A stretch of 64,000 bases of DNA from Methanocella sp. (GCA_050261115.1 JBLNCY010000031.1:1-64000); one strand, 5' to 3'; positions 47,062 to 57,489 are shown, counted from the first letter of the stretch. The notes: generated from the sequence alone by a model not told the origin. Program-made: numbers and translations.

Positions 47062-47558
47062 GGTTCTTAGCGGATGGGATGCTGGGTGGGCTTACACGTT
47101 GGCTAAGGATGCTTGGACAAGATGTCCTGTATAGTACAGAGCTAAGCGATAACGAGTTGCTTTCCCTGTCAAAGGGCGAGGGACGTGTGCTTTTGACGAG
47201 GGATTTGGAGCTCTACAAACGTGCCGTCAGTCGAGGAATAGAAGCCTTCTATGCAGAAGGCGAAGGGGAGGCGGAGCGGCTGGCAGGGGTTGCTAAACGC
47301 TATGGGTTAACGCTTGAGATTGATATGGATAGGTCTCGTTGTCCGCTTTGCAATGGGAAACTTGAAGTTGCGCCAAAAGAGCAACTCAAAGACAAGCTCC
47401 AACCCAACACCTACCGCCATTACAACCAGTTCTGGCAGTGCCCCAACTGCGGCCAAATCTACTGGCAAGGTTCCCACTGGAAACATATCAGCCAAACAAT
47501 AGCCTTAGCACAACAAAAAATCGTCCCTGCACCTGTTGAGGGCACCAAGCCAGCCTAA
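47058..47558 (+). CDS. Mut7-C RNase domain protein (DUF82, PIN-like + Zn ribbon)
   Basis: FLADGMLG.L.RWLR.LG.D, LLTRD, RCP.CN, C..CG.IYW.GSH. Confidence 0.9.
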   Translation: MRFLADGMLGGLTRWLRMLGQDVLYSTELSDNELLSLSKGEGRVLLTRDLELYKRAVSRGIEAFYAEGEGEAERLAGVAKRYGLTLEIDMDRSRCPLCNGKLEVAPKEQLKDKLQPNTYRHYNQFWQCPNCGQIYWQGSHWKHISQTIALAQQKIVPAPVEGTKPA

Positions 47559-47591
47559 TCAATCGGTGTTCTTCGCGTCTGGCAGGTTGCC

Positions 47592-47658
47592 TTCAAGCGT
47601 GGGTTTACCCGTGTTGGTTCTATATATAAGGAAGGGGGTAGGTCGGCAAAACAACAGA
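47592..47658 (-). repeat. Dispersed intergenic element, copy B
   Basis: Reverse complement gtctgttgttttgccgacctacccccttccttatatatagaaccaacacgggt...cttgaa matches copy A. Confidence 0.75.
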
Positions 47659-47739
47659 CAACAACAAAAACCAGAATACAAAGCTATTAGGTTGAACAAA
47701 AAAAGAAAAAGGAAAGATTGGTTGCTTTTTCCAGTCTTT

Positions 47740-50334
47740 TTATGGTCGCTTCTTCAGAGTCATGATGATTACAACGCCGACAACCACTATTGCGATTGCC
47801 AGGGCTGCAATTGCTGGGAAGAAGTATGTTTCAACCATGGAAGCTGGTTCAGCTGTTGGTTCTGGTGTTGCTGGCGGTGGGTTGGTGACGCTGACTACTG
47901 TTTCTGCCTGTGAGCCCCAGTATGAGTTGGAGCCTGAGTAGACTGCAAAGATTCTGTAGATGCCTGGTACTTCGGGTGTGTAGCTGATTGCGTAGAGTCC
48001 GTTAGCGTCGCTTGTAGCTTCGCCGATGCTTACATAGTTGCCGTTGGGGTCAACTGCCATCAAGCTGACTGTGACACCAGTGACGTCCATTGGGCGTGGC
48101 TGCTGCTCGTAAACGTATTCCATCCATGCAGTCATGCTTTCTTCAGAGACTGCGGGAACACCGTCTGGGAAGCGTGCGGCCTGCTCGTGTTGCTTTGTGC
48201 CAGGTGAAATGTCGTAGACTTTGCCCTGAATCAGTACACTGTTGCCCTGTTGGATTACGTCGTTTCGGATTTCAACTGTTGTCTTGCTTGGGCCCTTGCC
48301 TAGAGTGTAGATTTGGCCGTCGTATGCATTGAGGAATGACATGTAGCCGTCTGCGATGGCGACTGGAGCGTTGGAGGTTCCTAGACCGGATGCTGACCAG
48401 TCAAGAAGCGTCCAGAGTTCTTCGCCGGTAGTTGCGTTGAGTGCACGTGCACGGTACCCGAGGTAGAGTGGCGTGTTAGGTGAGTGCTCGCCTGACATGG
48501 TGTAGACGATGCCGTTAGCGAATGCTGCGATGTGTGTTGGGTAATTGCCCCAAGGTGTGTCTGAGCCAGTGTTTGTGCTGTTGCCTTCGCCGCCGTTGCC
48601 GTATGTCCAGAGTAGTGAGCCGTCTTTCATTGAGTAGCAGTAGACGACACCGCCGTATCCAGCGACATAGAGGTTGCCGTATGCGGGTAGACCTTCACGT
48701 GCGCTGTAGTACTGGAACTGTGGAGGCATTTCTGGACCAACTGGACCCCAGAGTTTGTTGCCAGTGTCTAAGCTGTATGCTAAGCGTTGACCGGTTTCAA
48801 ATCTTGTCATGGTGAAGGCACGTGTAACTGGATCGATGGGTTGCATTGAGAGCATTTCGGTTTGGTTACCTTCGGGAGCTGCATAGTCTTTCTTCCAGAC
48901 TAGGCGTCCGCGGTCGTCTGCTTCGTCACTAAGTGCCCACATGGTCCATGGGTTGCTGTTGGGGTTTGGCTGTGAAACTAACCCGATATTGCTGCTGCGA
49001 CCAAGGATTATGTCACCTGGAAGAACACCGACAATAGCGGGGCTTACGTTACCGACAAGATCAGCAGTGATTGTCACGTTAGCCGAGTAGCATGCGGATG
49101 TGCCCGCGTTTATGACTACACCTGCGCCTACTGCGCCGGTTGTTGTAGTTGAGCCACCGTTTGGCCAGCCAGGTTCATTGTTAATAGTGGATTGGCTAAG
49201 GATTGCTGCGGTGCTGTTCCATACCAGTAAGCGTCCAGTTTTGGCAGTTGTGTTGTAGCTTAGGACATATCGGAGGATGTCGCCAGTGTTTGTTGTGACT
49301 TCTGTACCTGAAGGGACGTTAGTGAGGTTCATAAGCCACTGCTTGTTAGCTGCGTTGTATCCGACCCAAGTGTTGCCTACAACTTGCCATAGAATACCGC
49401 CTACAACACCGTGTTGGTTAGCGGACTCAAATTCGACAAGTGAAGCTTTTGTTGGGAAGAAGGTATCGCTTGTCCAAACAGTTTCGCCAGTGGCTAAGTC
49501 AACGCCGACCATTTGGCCGTTACCGCCGTTTTCGCCGTTTGGTTCACGGTAGTATAGTATGCCTTGTAGTATGATGGGGTTGCCGAATCTTGTGTTGTAT
49601 GAGAAGCCGCTGTAGTATGTTGGTGCGGTTAGGGTATCTTGGTCATACTGCACTGTCATGTCGCCCGTCAAGCCGCCGTATTCAAGGGGCTTTGTCCAGA
49701 CGATGTGTGCACTTTCTGGTGAAAGACCGTTCTTTTGCCAGAGGTCAGCTGTTGCTGCGCCTGCTAGCCAGTTAGAACTGATGGTGGACCAAGCATGGTT
49801 TTGGCCGAAGATTGGACGTGACCAGTACTCAGTTGGCAGTGGAATTGCAGGTAAACCAGTGACTGGAGTCTCCTGTACTGTTAGAGTTGTAGATGCACTG
49901 CTTGCTGTGTAGGTATCGTTTTGGTATTGTCCGCCGTAGTCATAGACTTGACCGGGGAAGTTGAAGTAGAGGTTGTATGTGCCGACTTGGTCAGGTGTAA
50001 ATTGGTAGTACTGTGAGGATGTTGTGTCGGTGATTGTTGGGAAGATTTTCTCTGTTCTTGTTCCGTCAGGTGCAACGATTGTCAGGTTGTAGTTGCGGAA
50101 GCGGATGTTGTTAGTGATGCCTGCGCCCTGGATGACGGTGTCAAGCCAGAAAACAATGTTTGTCTGTTGACCAACGCCAACAGGGTTTGGTGCCGCGCTG
50201 ATGTAAGCAAATGTCGTGATTTCCCAAGGTGGAGTATGTGCCGATGCGTCTGGTGGTAGTATTGACAGACCGATTGATGCTGCTAAGACAGCAACAATCA
50301 AAACGGTTATAGTTTGCTTTTTATACAATTGCAT
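47740..50334 (-). CDS. Large secreted PQQ-like beta-propeller surface protein with Ig-like domains and C-terminal TM
   Basis: Signal peptide, APNPVGVGQ, several A.d..TG...W propeller repeats, C-terminal TM followed by KKRP. Confidence 0.85.
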   Translation of the reverse strand: MQLYKKQTITVLIVAVLAASIGLSILPPDASAHTPPWEITTFAYISAAPNPVGVGQQTNIVFWLDTVIQGAGITNNIRFRNYNLTIVAPDGTRTEKIFPTITDTTSSQYYQFTPDQVGTYNLYFNFPGQVYDYGGQYQNDTYTASSASTTLTVQETPVTGLPAIPLPTEYWSRPIFGQNHAWSTISSNWLAGAATADLWQKNGLSPESAHIVWTKPLEYGGLTGDMTVQYDQDTLTAPTYYSGFSYNTRFGNPIILQGILYYREPNGENGGNGQMVGVDLATGETVWTSDTFFPTKASLVEFESANQHGVVGGILWQVVGNTWVGYNAANKQWLMNLTNVPSGTEVTTNTGDILRYVLSYNTTAKTGRLLVWNSTAAILSQSTINNEPGWPNGGSTTTTGAVGAGVVINAGTSACYSANVTITADLVGNVSPAIVGVLPGDIILGRSSNIGLVSQPNPNSNPWTMWALSDEADDRGRLVWKKDYAAPEGNQTEMLSMQPIDPVTRAFTMTRFETGQRLAYSLDTGNKLWGPVGPEMPPQFQYYSAREGLPAYGNLYVAGYGGVVYCYSMKDGSLLWTYGNGGEGNSTNTGSDTPWGNYPTHIAAFANGIVYTMSGEHSPNTPLYLGYRARALNATTGEELWTLLDWSASGLGTSNAPVAIADGYMSFLNAYDGQIYTLGKGPSKTTVEIRNDVIQQGNSVLIQGKVYDISPGTKQHEQAARFPDGVPAVSEESMTAWMEYVYEQQPRPMDVTGVTVSLMAVDPNGNYVSIGEATSDANGLYAISYTPEVPGIYRIFAVYSGSNSYWGSQAETVVSVTNPPPATPEPTAEPASMVETYFFPAIAALAIAIVVVGVVIIMTLKKRP

Positions 50335-50489
50335 TTCTTTTTCTCCTGTGGTGTCGTAACTTCATTTAAAGATGATACTTATGAGTTAGTTTTCACAGTG
50401 TGATGCGACAGGTCGCCAAAATACCATCAAAGAAAGACCCATAGGGCACTAACGTGTCAGCCATCGATTAAAAAATTAAATAGAGAGGG

Positions 50490-51185
50490 TTAGTCTCTGC
50501 TGGATAATACCAGAATGTAGTCTGCTGTATCAGCACACATGTCTGCGGCTTGTTCAATAAACTCGATCAAGTCATCAAAGATAACCATAGCGCCGCAGTT
50601 CATCGATACCCCATACTTGATAAATAGCCCCTTTGCTTTGAGGTACTCTTCGTCGATGAAGTGCTCGATGTCTCCGACCTTCTTGGCTTCTTTTATGGCG
50701 TCATTGGGCGCGGAGGATATCTTTTCGATGCTTCCACGGAGCGTTTGAGCAGTCTCCACCAGCTTTGTAGTCATGAAAACTGTCTTGTCCATCAACTCCG
50801 AGGGGATGTCCGCCTCATATAGCATCTCAAGACAGCGAGCTGCGTCCTTTACGTGATCAGCTAGGGTGTCGAGGCGTTTAACGAGGTGAAGTAGATCTTC
50901 TCGATAATCAGAAACCAACGCGGCGCCCTTTGATAGCTCCATAAAGGTGTCTGTGCGGAGCTGGTCTACTTCCTCTTCGGCTTCGTAGAGGTTTGCGATG
51001 TATTTTTTGGCGTCTTTCACGTTCTTTTCTGAGAAGCACTTCGTTGCTTTCTGCAACCAAGTAACGGTATCGAACGCTTTTGTGATCTGCTCATGTGCGA
51101 GTTCCAATCCACGGGTTCTACGTCGCTGCTCGAACCAGTCGTAACTCTTTTTTTCCACTATACCAACTCCGAATTTACTACTCAT
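50490..51185 (-). CDS. DUF47/PhoU-like phosphate transport regulator family protein
   Basis: E.E.D..R, REDL..L...LD..AD, E...D, E..AD...D.AD helical repeats. Confidence 0.85.
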   Translation of the reverse strand: MSSKFGVGIVEKKSYDWFEQRRRTRGLELAHEQITKAFDTVTWLQKATKCFSEKNVKDAKKYIANLYEAEEEVDQLRTDTFMELSKGAALVSDYREDLLHLVKRLDTLADHVKDAARCLEMLYEADIPSELMDKTVFMTTKLVETAQTLRGSIEKISSAPNDAIKEAKKVGDIEHFIDEEYLKAKGLFIKYGVSMNCGAMVIFDDLIEFIEQAADMCADTADYILVLSSRD

Positions 51186-51241
51186 TAGACTCTCTTGTAG
51201 ATATAACCCTTCCTTCTACGCCCTGTAATGGCTCCTTGTGC

Positions 51242-52162
51242 TTAGGCATGAAGCACCGCCCGTGCCAAAGCGACCTTATCATCCAGCGACTTCATCACCG
51301 TATTAGTAACTGTAACATCCAACCCCAACTTTTTGATAGGCTCCTTTAGTGAGACATCTTTAACATCGATTACGAGGGCGTCAAGAAAATCCGAATAAAA
51401 CTTTGCTATGCCCAATGCTGAAACCTCAAATCCTAATCCCCGAAGCATCCTATCGGCAGGGCCCTTAATGGTTGCGCCAGCTACAATGGGACTTACCGCC
51501 ACCGCTCTTGCTTTGGCACGCCTTAAAGCATCGCGAACGCTGACTATCGAGAGTATTGTGCCGATGCTAACTACAGGGTTGCTGGGGCAAACAACAAGCA
51601 AATCCGCCTCGGAAATAGCTTGCAAAACTCCGGGGGCTGGTTTTGCTTGGTCTTCACCGAGGAAGTCTACGCCTAAAAAGTCATCTTTGCATTGCCGCTT
51701 CACAAAGTACTCCTCAAAGTGAATTGAACCGGTGGGTGTTTTGACTCTTGTTTCGAAGTGGTCGTTGCTCATGGGTAAAATTCTTGCTCTAACGCCCAAT
51801 TGACGCCGAATCTCATCAGTTACCTGGGTTAGTTTGGCGCCTTGGCGGAGGCGGTTGGTTCGATAGATATGTGTTGCCAAGTCTCTGTCGCCTAGGTTGA
51901 ACCACGCTTCTGCGCCGTATGCTTTGAGCATATCAAGGCATTGGAAAGTGTCGTTTTTTATTCCCCAGCCCTTGGTTTCATCAACGATGCCAGCTAAGGT
52001 ATAGGTGACGATGTCTATATCGGGGGATATGTGGAGTCCATGCAGAGTTATGTCGTCGCCAGTGTTGACTATTACCGTAAGGTTCTCGGGAGACATTGCC
52101 TGTGTTAAGCCGGTTAGGAATCTTGCTGCACCAACTCCGCCTGCTAACGCTGTTACCTTCAA
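51242..52162 (-). CDS. cofD: 2-phospho-L-lactate transferase (F420 biosynthesis)
   Basis: LAGGVGAARF, VNTGDD, PDID...YTLAG, WF.LGDRD.ATH, HFEEY, PSNP.VSI, GPA; start set at the TTG at 52162. Confidence 0.94.
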   Translation of the reverse strand: MKVTALAGGVGAARFLTGLTQAMSPENLTVIVNTGDDITLHGLHISPDIDIVTYTLAGIVDETKGWGIKNDTFQCLDMLKAYGAEAWFNLGDRDLATHIYRTNRLRQGAKLTQVTDEIRRQLGVRARILPMSNDHFETRVKTPTGSIHFEEYFVKRQCKDDFLGVDFLGEDQAKPAPGVLQAISEADLLVVCPSNPVVSIGTILSIVSVRDALRRAKARAVAVSPIVAGATIKGPADRMLRGLGFEVSALGIAKFYSDFLDALVIDVKDVSLKEPIKKLGLDVTVTNTVMKSLDDKVALARAVLHA

Positions 52163-52266
52163 ACAGTTCTCTCCAGTAGTTGATTTGGCACCATTAGTAA
52201 GCATGCGGTTAGATGCTTAAAAAGCGTTTAGAACTAAGTTAAAAGTAAAGTTGGGGGTTTGGGGAT

Positions 52267-52968
52267 TTATTCAGAAGCTGAGGGAGCCTCTGGTTCTTCA
52301 ATTTCTTCTTCTATTTCCTCTTCGGTTTCCTCAGCGTCTTCTGGCTCTTCTGCTTCTTGGATTGGAGCGTCTTTTGGTAGGTTTGTGGGGGCAGCGATGA
52401 GTTTGGATTTGCGTATGCCGACGTGTCTTAGTGGCGCGACGAGTTTAGCTTGGTTGTAGATGTCTGAGGCGATTTTGCCGAGAACCATTTCTTGTACGAA
52501 TTGGTCAAGAGTTAACGAGGCAGATTTTTCTCGGATAATCTTTTCCATCATGTCACGGATGAGTTTTTCCTGAGAGGTCTTTATGCGTGAGAGGGTTAAT
52601 GCTGAGACGGAGATGCGTAGTTTGAAGCCGTCTTTTGTTGTGATGTTGAATAATCCGTCGACTTTGGTTGTTCTTCTGCGGACCAAGCTTCTTAGGAAGT
52701 CACGCGAGTACTCATGACCCTTAAAGAGGGTGCGTGCGGTTTTTCCTTCGATAGCGTGGATTTGGAAGAACATTTTCAGGTAGTGATGTGAAAAGTCGCC
52801 GGTGATATCGTAGAGTGTAGCCTCGACGACTCTGCCTATTAACATCTGTTCTTCTTGGGCTGGAATTGAGCCTAGCTCTATGTTGCCGAAGAATGACGGC
52901 GCAACGACCATGTACCATGTCTTGCTGCGCCATTTATCGCGAATATGCTTTGCTGATTTAGCGGACAA
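52267..52968 (-). CDS. rps3ae: 30S ribosomal protein eS1 (S3Ae) with acidic tail
   Basis: DKW..K.WY...AP..F, GRV.E.TL.D.TGD, F.GHE..RD..RSLVRR. Confidence 0.95.
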   Translation of the reverse strand: MSAKSAKHIRDKWRSKTWYMVVAPSFFGNIELGSIPAQEEQMLIGRVVEATLYDITGDFSHHYLKMFFQIHAIEGKTARTLFKGHEYSRDFLRSLVRRRTTKVDGLFNITTKDGFKLRISVSALTLSRIKTSQEKLIRDMMEKIIREKSASLTLDQFVQEMVLGKIASDIYNQAKLVAPLRHVGIRKSKLIAAPTNLPKDAPIQEAEEPEDAEETEEEIEEEIEEPEAPSASE

Positions 52969-53020
52969 AGGTTATTTCTCCGAACCGTCCCAAAACAATC
53001 TCAACGATATATTAAAACTT

Positions 53021-54310
53021 TTAGCGTTTTTTAGTTATTTTTTCTCTACCGCCCAAGTATTTTCTTAGCGCATCGGGGACAGTTATGGTTCCATCACTGT
53101 TTTGGTAGTTCTCAATTATGGCGACTATGGTGCGGCCGGTGGCGATGGCGGTGCTGTTAAGCGTGTGTACGGGGCCCTGTGGCGGCGCGCCCTCTTTGAT
53201 GCGGTAGCGGACGCCTAAGCGGCGGGCTTGGTAGTCGGTACAGTTGCTGCAGGATACGGCTTCGCGGTAGTCACCCTGTGCGGGCATGTAGACTTCGAGG
53301 TCATATTTTTTGGCTGCGACGGTGCCTATGTCGCCTGTGCAGACGTTGACTACGCGGTAGGGTAAGCCGAGTTTTTGATAGATGGCTTCAGCGTTTTCTA
53401 AAAGTTCCTCATGGAGTTTTGGGGCGTCTTCGGGTTTGCAGAAGATGAATTGCTCGATTTTGTTGAATTGGTGAGTGCGGAAGATACCGCGGGTGTCTTT
53501 GCCGTGGGCGCCTGCCTCTTTTCGGAAGCAGGTGCTGATTCCGGCCAGTTTGACGGGTAGGTCGTCTTGTTTTAGAACTTCGTTCCAGTACATAGCCGCC
53601 AACGGATGCTCGGATGTCGCGATCATGTAGAGGTCTTCCCTTTCAATCTTGTAGAGAACCTCTTCGAAGTCTCCTAGCGCCGTTACGCCTTCATATGCGT
53701 CGCGTTTCATCATGTAGGGCGGCACTACTGGGGTGTAGCCGCGGTTTTGGAGTTCCTCAAGCGCAAAATGCATAAGCGCCATATCAAGCATGGCGATGTC
53801 GTTTTTGAGGTAGAAGAATCGGGCGCCAGCGACTTTTCCTGCACGCTCCATATCGATTTGGTCGAGTGGTACTGCGAGGTCAATGTGGTTTTTGACTGGG
53901 AAATCAAACTTGGGTATGGTGCCCCAGGTTTTGATTGTAACATTCTCGCTTGAGTCCTTGCCGACTGGAACCGAGTCCTCAAGCAGGTTGGGTAGGGTTA
54001 GGAGGTAGGTTCTGATTTGGGCTTCCTGCTCTGATACCTGCTTTTGGGCCTGTGTGATTTTCTGGTCGACTTCTGCGGCTTTGGCGAAGTGGGCGTCGGC
54101 GTTCTGGCAGGCTTTTTTGGCTTTGGCGATTTCGATGGTGATTTGTTTGCGTTCATGGCGCAGGTCGTTTAGTTTGGTGCTGTTTGTACGCCAGTCTTTG
54201 TCTAATGCGATGAGGTCTTCTAGCATTTTTAGGCATTCGGGATTGTTCCGTTTAGCTAGGTTTGCTCTTACGAGTTCGGGGTTTTCCCGGATAAGCTTGA
54301 TGTCTAACAT
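53021..54310 (-). CDS. serS: Seryl-tRNA synthetase
   Basis: MLDIKLIRENPE, ATSEHP, CFRKEAG.HG.DTRGIFR.HQF.K.EQF, SCSNCTDYQARR, HTLNST. Confidence 0.97.
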   Translation of the reverse strand: MLDIKLIRENPELVRANLAKRNNPECLKMLEDLIALDKDWRTNSTKLNDLRHERKQITIEIAKAKKACQNADAHFAKAAEVDQKITQAQKQVSEQEAQIRTYLLTLPNLLEDSVPVGKDSSENVTIKTWGTIPKFDFPVKNHIDLAVPLDQIDMERAGKVAGARFFYLKNDIAMLDMALMHFALEELQNRGYTPVVPPYMMKRDAYEGVTALGDFEEVLYKIEREDLYMIATSEHPLAAMYWNEVLKQDDLPVKLAGISTCFRKEAGAHGKDTRGIFRTHQFNKIEQFIFCKPEDAPKLHEELLENAEAIYQKLGLPYRVVNVCTGDIGTVAAKKYDLEVYMPAQGDYREAVSCSNCTDYQARRLGVRYRIKEGAPPQGPVHTLNSTAIATGRTIVAIIENYQNSDGTITVPDALRKYLGGREKITKKR

Positions 54311-54450
54311 TGGGTCCAGGACCTGATTGTGTACTTGGAAAAGGTGCTATTTAACTCTAATAGCCTAAACAAAGCCGACTAGCTAAGGCTACACTTGCGG
54401 GTCAACCTTTTGGAACATTGATGCTAGCAATTCACAGGAGCCATGTAAGA

Positions 54451-54500
54451 CTCTGTTGCTTTGCCGAGGGACCCCTCCCTTATATACAGACACAGCAACC
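54451..54500 (+). repeat. Dispersed intergenic element, copy C (more diverged)
   Basis: ctctgttgctttgccgagggacccctcccttatatacaga shares the TCTGTTG.TTTGCCGA...CCCTTATATA.AGA core. Confidence 0.65.
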
Positions 54501-54675
54501 GCAAGGAAATAGCAGAGCACAAATAGGTGTTTGCTGATTTTGGCAGTGAGCGCCTGTACGGTTGCGCGTGGGGTTGTTTTTTGGTTGCCCGACTGGTACA
54601 GATAGAAAATACGCCTGTTCGCGAAGCGGTACAAACACAAGAATCTTTAGGATCCACTGGGTTGTGGGGGTTGTG

Positions 54676-55191
54676 TTAGGGGTTCGTTGTTGAGAAGTCG
54701 TCTGTTAATTCTTTGATGTGGTCTTTTTTCTGTTTTCTCTTCTTTCTGCCGCGGACATCGATTGCTATCATGAATATGTAGGGGAGCGAGAGGTAGAAAG
54801 ATGCGAAGAATACGTTGCTAAACAGCTGCAGATTAGAATTAGAAAGTAGCGCCTCCTGGGAGATTGTAAACCCATAATCCGCCAGAACATCAACCAACAC
54901 AAAAGCGGTCAACGTCAACGCTAAACAGACGATAAATTGAACAATAACACCGCGGTCCTTGCCCAAAATTAAAGACGGAATAATAGATGACAACACGAAC
55001 ACCCAAGCAAACGCATAGACAAAAACAATCATGTCTAACCTAAAAAGCAGCCAGCCACCAAAGCTAGGGAACCCAACCGCGATTGTATCTACAACTGTTC
55101 TAACAGCAGTTTCAGTAAAAATCTGATAACTAACCATCAGAACCCAAGCGACAGATAAATAGGCGGGCGTTGCCAAGGCAGCTTTAACCAA
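54676..55191 (-). CDS. Four-TM membrane protein of unknown function
   Basis: Four hydrophobic segments and a basic C-terminal RGRKKRKQKK. Confidence 0.75.
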   Translation of the reverse strand: MVKAALATPAYLSVAWVLMVSYQIFTETAVRTVVDTIAVGFPSFGGWLLFRLDMIVFVYAFAWVFVLSSIIPSLILGKDRGVIVQFIVCLALTLTAFVLVDVLADYGFTISQEALLSNSNLQLFSNVFFASFYLSLPYIFMIAIDVRGRKKRKQKKDHIKELTDDFSTTNP

Positions 55192-55601
55192 ACAGCTTCA
55201 CAGCCATATTTGCGGCAATTTACGTATATATAATTTATTACACAATTTACCTAGCACACAGCCGTATTTTATTTACACATCATGTTATTTACGGCAATTT
55301 ACGTGTAACACTTTACATTGAAACTTGATTTACAAACAAGCATCTACGCCTAAAGAAAAAGAGGAATATTATCGGGTTAGTCAAATTTGTTAACTAAAGC
55401 AATCAGTCTGTTTGCAGTTAAATTATCAAGCGGTCTTCATCTATTGCCACGATTAAACCATAATTTGCTGTGATTATTTTCAAGCAGCCAAAGATGGCGG
55501 CCTCGATAGTCTCGATTTGAAATTGGCAGACACTAAGTAACCGAGCAAGGTCAATAATGCTAATGCTTTTTATCCATTAGTAGAACAGAAAAATCAGTTC
55601 T

Positions 55602-55689
55602 TGGTGCGGAGGGTGGGATTTGAACCCACGAACCCCTGCGGGATAGGAGCCTCAGTCCTACGCCTTTGGCCATGCTGGGCGACCTCCGC
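55602..55689 (-). tRNA. tRNA-Leu(GAG), long variable arm, CCA encoded
   Basis: GCGGAGG/CCTCCGC acceptor, TAGGA-CTGAGGC-TCCTA anticodon arm, CCCGCAGGGG variable arm, GTGGG-TTCAAAT-CCCAC T arm. Confidence 0.96.
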
Positions 55690-55768
55690 GCACTGTAGCG
55701 GAAATATAGGACAAGGGCACATTTAAAGCCTTTACCGTAAAAAACAAAGAGAAAGACGAAGCGGCTGC

Positions 55769-56362
55769 TTAAATGCCAATGCGGCTAAGCAAGAAATAGC
55801 CATATTCAGCTAGCAGGTTGGGGAAGAGTCGGACTTTGCGGTTGTCGGTCTTGTAGAAGGCGTCTTCGATGGCTATGCCTTTCTGTTTTGTGTAGTCGCG
55901 GAAGTCAGCGATGCTTAGGAAGTGCAGGTTGGGCGTATCATACCACTGATAAGGCAACGAGGGTGTAACAGGGACACGGCCCTGGAACAGTATGCTTGCG
56001 CGCGCCTTGTAGTGAGCAAAGTTCGGGATCCCGACAACGACTTTTTTGCCAACCCGAAGCGCCTCTTGCAGGACAAAATCTGGCTTCTTAACCTGCTGTA
56101 GGGTCTGGTTGACGATGACGTAGTCGAAGGATTTGTCGGCGTACTCAGAAAGGCCCGTGTCAATATCCTGTTGGTAGACACTTAAGCCTAAAGCTACACA
56201 GCCCACAATGGCGTGCTCGTCAAGTTCGATGCCCTGTGCCCGGACATGCTTTGTCTGGGAGAGATAAGCTAAGAGTTCGCCGTCTCCGCAGCCCAAATCC
56301 AGCACCGAAGACCCCGGCGCTATCCAATCAGCTATGGCTTTACAATCGATTTTACCTGCCAT
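55769..56362 (-). CDS. metW: Methionine biosynthesis protein MetW
   Basis: GSSVLDLGCGDG.LL, FDYV...QTLQ, PNF.H, LPY.WYDTPN.H; follows metX. Confidence 0.93.
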   Translation of the reverse strand: MAGKIDCKAIADWIAPGSSVLDLGCGDGELLAYLSQTKHVRAQGIELDEHAIVGCVALGLSVYQQDIDTGLSEYADKSFDYVIVNQTLQQVKKPDFVLQEALRVGKKVVVGIPNFAHYKARASILFQGRVPVTPSLPYQWYDTPNLHFLSIADFRDYTKQKGIAIEDAFYKTDNRKVRLFPNLLAEYGYFLLSRIGI

Positions 56363-56363
56363 G

Positions 56364-57455
56364 CTAGGTGCCTCCGTTACCGTTACTTAATCCCTTAAGG
56401 AAGCCGGCGATTAACCTGTCTTCCTGCTCTGTCTCCACAAGGAAGGAGTCATGACCATAGGATGCGTTGATTTCGCAGTAACTCGCTTCCACACCGCTGA
56501 GTTTGCATGCCTTAACGATCTCCTGTGACTGGTAGGGGGGGTAGAGCCAGTCAGATTTGAAAGCGATAACCAGCACTTTAGCCCTCAAGCCGTGGAAGAT
56601 GCTGCCCAGACTGTGACCGTTTAGCAGGTTAAAGTAATCCATGGCTTTGGTTATGTAGAGGTAGCTATTTGCGTCAAACCGTTTAGTGAAGGTGTCACCT
56701 CGGTTGTGAAGGTAGCCTTCGACTTCAAAGTCAGCGCCAAACTTGAAAGGTGCCTTGTCGGCTCGGATTTTGCGGCCGAACTTTTCTGCCATCGAGGTGT
56801 CACTCATATAGGTTATATGCCCAATCATTCTGGCGATGGCTAAGCCCTTAACGGGGGTGGTTTTGCCGTAGTAGTTACCGTTTAGCCAGTCGGGGTCCGC
56901 CATGATTGCTTGACGTGCGACTTCATTGAAAGCGATCTGCTGGGGATTATGTTTTAGTGTCGTTGCAATTGGAATTGCTGAGCGTATCCGTGTAGGATAG
57001 GCAGCCATCCATTGCAGCGCCTGCATGCCACCCATCGACCCTCCCACAACAGAGAGCAACTGCTCGATGCCAAGGTAATCGATTAGGCGACGCTGAGCGT
57101 TAACCATGTCGCCGATGGTGATGAGCGGAAAGTCTGTTCCATAGGGCTTCCCTGTTATGGGGTTAATTGAGGATGGCCCTGTGGAGCCACGACAGCCACC
57201 TATGACGTTGCTGCAGATAACAAAGTACTTGTCGGTGTCGATGCCTTTCCCGCCGCCTACCAGACTACTCCACCAACCGCCCTCACCTGAAACATGGGAG
57301 TCACCACTAAATGCATGCAAAACCAAGATGGCATTGGTTTTGTCAGCGTTGAGTTCCCCGTAAGTTTCATACGCCAGCGTAACCGGACCGAGTTTTTCGC
57401 CTAACTCCAGCGTTAACTCGTCGAAGCTGAACTGGTGAACGGGTTGATTTGAGAT
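56364..57455 (-). CDS. metX: Homoserine O-acetyltransferase; no canonical start for the conserved N-terminus
   Basis: [22 protein letters not shown] lies upstream of the track start; [28 protein letters not shown]. Start placed tentatively at ATC 57455 after AGGAGGT. Confidence 0.9.
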   Translation of the reverse strand: MSNQPVHQFSFDELTLELGEKLGPVTLAYETYGELNADKTNAILVLHAFSGDSHVSGEGGWWSSLVGGGKGIDTDKYFVICSNVIGGCRGSTGPSSINPITGKPYGTDFPLITIGDMVNAQRRLIDYLGIEQLLSVVGGSMGGMQALQWMAAYPTRIRSAIPIATTLKHNPQQIAFNEVARQAIMADPDWLNGNYYGKTTPVKGLAIARMIGHITYMSDTSMAEKFGRKIRADKAPFKFGADFEVEGYLHNRGDTFTKRFDANSYLYITKAMDYFNLLNGHSLGSIFHGLRAKVLVIAFKSDWLYPPYQSQEIVKACKLSGVEASYCEINASYGHDSFLVETEQEDRLIAGFLKGLSNGNGGT

Positions 57456-57489
57456 TAGCCTGTTACCTCCTAATAGATGAGGGGTGGGT

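Noticed and set aside
54389-54657. Two short minus-strand ORFs upstream of serS
   Set aside because: They overlap each other and the repeat element and show no protein-like motifs
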